NCBI GenBank assembly: GCA_009845905.1
Contig: VXYS01000004.1
Location: 151,285-215,284, forward strand
Length of the DNA stretch: 64,000 bases
Reading direction: 5' to 3'
DNA from: Gammaproteobacteria bacterium
GTDB taxonomy: Bacteria; Pseudomonadota; Gammaproteobacteria; Steroidobacterales; Foliamicaceae
The position numbers and the translations under genes were made by a program. How positions within the stretch are numbered: the stretch's first letter is position 1; each line of letters starts with the position of its first letter. The notes under the pieces are model-generated. The model was not told the DNA's origin and did not search any database. It was given only the letters and a program-made list of their open reading frames with translations. This document shows positions 59,958 through 64,000 of this stretch, piece after piece.

Positions 59958-60028
59958 CCCGGGAGCGAAGGCGTCCCGCCTTCGCGGAGGGCGGAATGGC
60001 CGTGGGGGCGATGCCCCCACTCCCCAGG
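59958..60028. repeat. Family A element, composite copy
   Basis: GAAGGCG-TCC-CGCCTTC plus GTGGGGGC-GAT-GCCCCCAC, ending CCCAGG. Confidence 0.85.
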
Positions 60029-60054
60029 TCTGCAAGCGCAGTATCTTGCGGAAC

Positions 60055-61323
60055 TCAACCGCCGCGCCGCTTCGCCTGGACGGCGTCAAGAATCGCGATG
60101 TTGGCCTCGGTAATGCCCTGCTTCTGCGCCTCGGAGATCACGGCGCTGATGGCCGCGCCGCGGAACATGCGCGGAATCTTCTTGAGCCGCGCCGCCGCGC
60201 CGGGCGTAAACACCATGCCGTGCCTGTTCTCGTTCAGCTTGCTCAGGAACTTGGGATCGACGTCCACGGCATGTTCGTCTTCCGGTTGCGCCGCCCCATT
60301 GCCCGATTCGGCAGCCGCGCCATTGCCTTGCGCCGGCTCTTCGCCGTCCACGTGGTAGGTCAGTTCGGGCTTGTTGACGAAAAGGTCCTCCACGCGGATG
60401 AAGTCGGCATTCCTGTCGTACTCCATGCGCGGCTCCTCGTCGGGGTTCAGCGACGGGCGGCGGTCGTCGATAATCGGTATACGGTGCATCAGCCGGAACG
60501 CCGGCGAGAAGTCGTTGATCCCGCGGTGCTGCGTGCATCGGTTGTCCCATATCGCCACCGAGTTGTCGCGCCAGAAGAAGCGGCACTCGTGCTCCGGCTG
60601 GTAGCTGTGCTCGAGCAACATTGCAATCAGCGCATCGCTTTCGTCCTGGTTCAGCTCCATGATGCGCGACGTGGTCATCTGGCATACGTAGAGGCACTTG
60701 CGGCCCGTTTCGGGGTGCCTGCGAACCACCGGGTGCACGACCGGCGGGTTGCGCTTCATCATGTCTTCATAGGCCTTGGCGCCCCCGCCCTCGAGAATGC
60801 CCGGGCCGAAGTTCTTCGACAGGGTCTGTTCCGCGGTCAGGCCCTCCAGGAACTTCTGCATGGGTTTGGAAAGGCTCGCGTACGCCTTCTCCATGTCGCA
60901 CCAGATGGTGTTTCCGCCGCCGGTGGGCATGGTCAGACCGCGGAGAATGGACATGCGGGACGGGTAATCGCGGAAGATGTCGTCCGTGTGGTAGTTCACG
61001 TCGCCGCCGATGGTCTGATACTCGTCCATGCGCTGCAGGCGGATCATCGGGTAGCCCTCGACCTGCGGTATCGAACCCGGGCCTTGCGGCATCCCGAACT
61101 TGCGGGCCAGCCTCAGGTGCTGCTCGTCCGTCATCTCCTGGTCACGAAAGAAGATGACCTTGAATTCCAGCAGCGCCGCGTAGATTTCGTCGATGACGTC
61201 CTGGGCGAGGTCGTCGGCCAGGTTGGCGCCGCTTATTGTCGCGCCCAGCGCACCCGACAGCGGTTCCGCTTCCAGATGCTTGAATTCCGGCAGGTCGCGC
61301 TGGGAAGTAAACAGGTATGACAT
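60055..61323 (-). CDS. TauD/TfdA Fe(II)/2OG dioxygenase with C-terminal PCP_red-like domain
   Basis: VIFFRDQ, YHTD, HPVVRRHPETGRK, WDNRCTQH and MHR motifs. Start ATG 61323. Confidence 0.88.
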   Translation of the reverse strand: MSYLFTSQRDLPEFKHLEAEPLSGALGATISGANLADDLAQDVIDEIYAALLEFKVIFFRDQEMTDEQHLRLARKFGMPQGPGSIPQVEGYPMIRLQRMDEYQTIGGDVNYHTDDIFRDYPSRMSILRGLTMPTGGGNTIWCDMEKAYASLSKPMQKFLEGLTAEQTLSKNFGPGILEGGGAKAYEDMMKRNPPVVHPVVRRHPETGRKCLYVCQMTTSRIMELNQDESDALIAMLLEHSYQPEHECRFFWRDNSVAIWDNRCTQHRGINDFSPAFRLMHRIPIIDDRRPSLNPDEEPRMEYDRNADFIRVEDLFVNKPELTYHVDGEEPAQGNGAAAESGNGAAQPEDEHAVDVDPKFLSKLNENRHGMVFTPGAAARLKKIPRMFRGAAISAVISEAQKQGITEANIAILDAVQAKRRGG

Positions 61324-61426
61324 AGGAAATCCCCCAATGCCCGCGCTGCCAGCATACCCTAACCAGGGAGCACGGGCATGACCCCCGCCATCGGCGTGTC
61401 CCGTGCTCCCGTGATATGGTCGCGCA

Positions 61427-61951
61427 ATGCCCCGGTCCGGCAACAGGCGTCTGTTTTTCGCGCTGTGGCCCGACGACGACCTTCGCACCGGCATCGTCCG
61501 CGCCACCCGCGCCGAAGTGAGAGGAACGGGCGGCAAGCCCACGCCGCCCGAGAATCTGCATATGACGCTGCATTTCCTGGGACCGACTCCACAGGAACTC
61601 ATTCATCCACTGATCGAGCGGGTGTCGGCCTTGCCGCTGGACCCGTTCGAGTTGACGCTGGAGCAATACGGCTACTGGCAGCGTGCAAGAACCCTGTGGC
61701 TGGGCCCGAACGAAACCCCTCTCCCACTGATGGAACTGGTCCGCGACATCGGCCGGATCTCGCACGAACTGGGGCTGCCCCGAAACCGGCGCGCGTTCAT
61801 CCCGCACATGACCCTGGCGCGAAAGGTCAATCGCCTCACGCCGAGGGAACCGCCTCGTCCCTTGCACTGGCCGGTAAACGAGTTCGTGCTGGTGGAGTCG
61901 GTACTCGGCGGGCGCCACTCCCGCTACTCCATCCTCGAACACTTCGACTGA
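61427..61951 (+). CDS. thpR: RNA 2',3'-cyclic phosphodiesterase (2H family)
   Basis: RLFFAL and two HxT motifs (HMTLHFLG, PHMTLAR). Confidence 0.92.
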   Translation: MPRSGNRRLFFALWPDDDLRTGIVRATRAEVRGTGGKPTPPENLHMTLHFLGPTPQELIHPLIERVSALPLDPFELTLEQYGYWQRARTLWLGPNETPLPLMELVRDIGRISHELGLPRNRRAFIPHMTLARKVNRLTPREPPRPLHWPVNEFVLVESVLGGRHSRYSILEHFD

Positions 61952-61980
61952 CCCCTCGGAGCGAGGACGTCCCGTCCTCG
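61952..61980. repeat. Family A element, minimal copy after the thpR stop
   Basis: GGAGC-GAGGACG-TCC-CGTCCTC. Confidence 0.7.
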
Positions 61981-62010
61981 AAATGCCGCCGGCGATTCAG
62001 GATTCTTTTA

Positions 62011-62928
62011 TCAGCCGTCGAACGGACTCAGATCCACGGCGAGCAGCTCCGGATTGTCGCGCTCGATCCGGGCGAAGTACTCGGCCGGCAACTGGTGCAC
62101 GCCATCCAGTTTCTTGCCGCTCCAGATCGCGAACATGTGCCCCGGAATGTCCCCCATCTCCAGCCAGCGGGGATAGGGAAAGACATAGCCGCCGGCCGTG
62201 CCCATGGGCAGCCTCGTGATGGAAGGGTCCTCGAACAGGGACCTGGCCGTCCAGTTGTGCGACGTTTCGATGAAAGGCGTCACCCAGTTGTCCGGCGGTA
62301 CGCGAATCTGCTCCGCCTTCACGATGTCGTCCTCGATTCGGAACACCGTGCTGGTGGGCGTGTAGTCCTCCCCTTCCCGGTCCAGCGGATGCTTGCCTTC
62401 CGGCGAGTACAGCATTCCCGGGTCTTCCGTGAGAATCGTCGGCTCGACCCTGACCGTCTCGCCCGTAACCGGGTTGTGAACGCGTTCTATGAACTCGCCC
62501 GTAACCGGATGGCGCGGATACGAGGTATTGTGCCCGTGCACGCGAAAGACATGCGTGTCGATCCGCTTGTGATGAGAGAACTCGATTCCCTCATAGCGCA
62601 CTACGGGCTCCACGCGCCGGCCCTCGGCGACGATGAACATCGTGAAGTGATACCAGAGCAGCACGTCCGCTTCGTCCGCCAGGTCGCGGTAGATGCGAAA
62701 CTCGGCGGTCATCTTGTCGAGCGGGTCGTCAAAGGCGAAGAATTCCGAGCGCACCCGCCCTTCCGATGGAGGCATGTATGTGGCTTCCGGCTGCGCGCCC
62801 GCCTGCGCCGGGCGGAACGGCGCGAGCGCGAGGGCGGCCGCCCCGGCCGCCGGCAGAACAAGCGCGTCGCGGCGGGACATGCACAGCGCGGCGCCACCGC
62901 CAAAGGCCCGCTTCATGATGTCGAGCAT
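62011..62928 (-). CDS. DUF1838-like protein with Tat-like signal
   Basis: SRRDALV...AQA leader; YEG...PVTGE...NPVTGE.V.V pattern shared with 32175-33044. Confidence 0.65.
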   Translation of the reverse strand: MLDIMKRAFGGGAALCMSRRDALVLPAAGAAALALAPFRPAQAGAQPEATYMPPSEGRVRSEFFAFDDPLDKMTAEFRIYRDLADEADVLLWYHFTMFIVAEGRRVEPVVRYEGIEFSHHKRIDTHVFRVHGHNTSYPRHPVTGEFIERVHNPVTGETVRVEPTILTEDPGMLYSPEGKHPLDREGEDYTPTSTVFRIEDDIVKAEQIRVPPDNWVTPFIETSHNWTARSLFEDPSITRLPMGTAGGYVFPYPRWLEMGDIPGHMFAIWSGKKLDGVHQLPAEYFARIERDNPELLAVDLSPFDG

Positions 62929-62978
62929 GTCCCCTCCTCCGGCTGCACCCGAACCTCGAAATCCATCGTCAAGTAGAG

Positions 62979-63052
62979 CGCCCCGACCAGGATTCGAACC
63001 TGGGACCTTCCGCTTAGGAGGCGGACGCTCTATCCAGCTGAGCTACCAGGGC
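62979..63052 (-). tRNA. tRNA-Arg (CCT), CCA not encoded
   Basis: GCCCTGGTAGCTCAGCTGGATAGAGC-TCCGC-CTCCTAA-GCGGA...GGTTCGAATCC. Confidence 0.94.
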
Positions 63053-63072
63053 GTGGCGGCGTCCAGCATAAG

Positions 63073-63113
63073 CGAATGCGCCGGCGCGGGAAAGCCGCAC
63101 GCCGGCGCATTCG
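63073..63113 (-). terminator. Putative terminator hairpin after the TBDR
   Basis: 14-bp perfect stem CGAATGCGCCGGCG/CGCCGGCGCATTCG; weak U-tract. Confidence 0.5.
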
Positions 63114-63131
63114 GTTGAAGCTTACGGAAAA

Positions 63132-64000
63132 CTAGAACGTATAGCTGGCGCGCAAGCCGAATTCACGCGGGTCCGGGTAATAGATGTTCGTGGAGTTGGG
63201 GAACAACTGCGTCACGAACACCCGTCCCGGAGGCGGAACCCGTGGCGGAGGCACAAACCCGGCAACCACGCTGATGCCGGCAAAATCGGGAGCGCTGAGC
63301 GCGCTGCGCATCGTGTCGTCGTCGAACAGATTGCTGACGTACAGCATCGCCGTCCAGGGGCCGCGCGACACGCCCACGCGCAGGTCCGCCAGCATGTAGC
63401 TCTCGATTTCCAGCAGATTCCATTCGGCCTCGTAGCGCGATCCCTGGTACTGGACATCGAAGTCCACCATGAACTCGCCGCCGTTGGCCATGGGGGAGCG
63501 CCAGGAAATGCCGGCGAACAGCTGATGCTGCGGCACATCCTCGATCTCGTTGCCCGTCAGGTCGATCAGACAGGTGGTGTTATTGCCCAGCGTGACCAGT
63601 TCGCAGGTGCCGCCGCGCACGGCATCGCTTATCGATGAGCTCAACTTGGCGTATTCGTCATATTCGGAATCGAGCCAGGTGTAGCCCCAGTTCATCGTGA
63701 GGTTGTCGGTCAGCACCGCGGTTGTGTCGATTTCAATCCCGGTAATCTTGGCGGCGGAGGCGTTTTCCGGCCGGCTGCCCAGGACCGCGCCTTCGCCGGG
63801 CGGCAGGTACTGCGTGGTGAGCTGCTTGTCGCTGAAATCCTGATAGAAAACGGCGCCATTGAAACGAAGCCGGTTGTCCATCCAGCTCGTCTTCCAGCCG
63901 AATTCATAGACGGTGATTTCCTCGGCATCGAAGCGATATACCTCGGGATTGTCGTATCCCTGCGGCCCCACCAGCGTGCTGATGCCTGCAGGCTTCACGC
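63132..64000 (-). CDS. TonB-dependent receptor, C-terminal part (truncated by window edge)
   Basis: YEFGWKT, NGAVFYQD, LYVSNLFD and FGLRASYTF with terminal Phe. Confidence 0.9.
   Translation of the reverse strand, partial: VKPAGISTLVGPQGYDNPEVYRFDAEEITVYEFGWKTSWMDNRLRFNGAVFYQDFSDKQLTTQYLPPGEGAVLGSRPENASAAKITGIEIDTTAVLTDNLTMNWGYTWLDSEYDEYAKLSSSISDAVRGGTCELVTLGNNTTCLIDLTGNEIEDVPQHQLFAGISWRSPMANGGEFMVDFDVQYQGSRYEAEWNLLEIESYMLADLRVGVSRGPWTAMLYVSNLFDDDTMRSALSAPDFAGISVVAGFVPPPRVPPPGRVFVTQLFPNSTNIYYPDPREFGLRASYTF

Noticed and set aside
57970-61320. 1116-aa plus-strand ORF
   Set aside because: Antisense shadow of two MFS genes and TauD; no recognisable motifs; stop-poor antisense frames are expected at high GC.

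Overview
High-GC proteobacterial chromosome segment, most likely Gammaproteobacteria by gene order (inference). Housekeeping blocks: uvrC-pgsA, class II DAHP synthase, nfeD-SPFH, sucA-sucB-lpdA, yebC-ruvCAB-tolQRAB-pal-cpoB-tRNA-Lys, and four tRNAs (Gly-GCC, Cys-GCA, Lys-TTT, Arg-CCT). These alternate with accessory blocks rich in exported catabolic enzymes. A ~12 kb cargo carrying an alginate-utilisation locus (TBDR, FadR/GntR regulator, PL6 and PL17 lyases, SDR) separates pgsA from the tRNA-Gly/tRNA-Cys pair that normally follows it. The best candidate for an undescribed system is at 30731-34713: two divergent copies of a [small helical protein + SAM methyltransferase] module flanking a Tat-signal DUF1838-like gene, where one methyltransferase has a Tat signal and the other does not. 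Other notable items: a dispersed palindromic repeat family (7 copies, one translated inside the TolB signal peptide), a pair of long hairpins with complementary loops, CDGSH-bicupin and TauD-PCP_red-like fusions, and an epimerase lacking a canonical start codon. No integrase, transposase, CRISPR array or rRNA was seen. All family assignments come from motif recognition by eye, not database searches.
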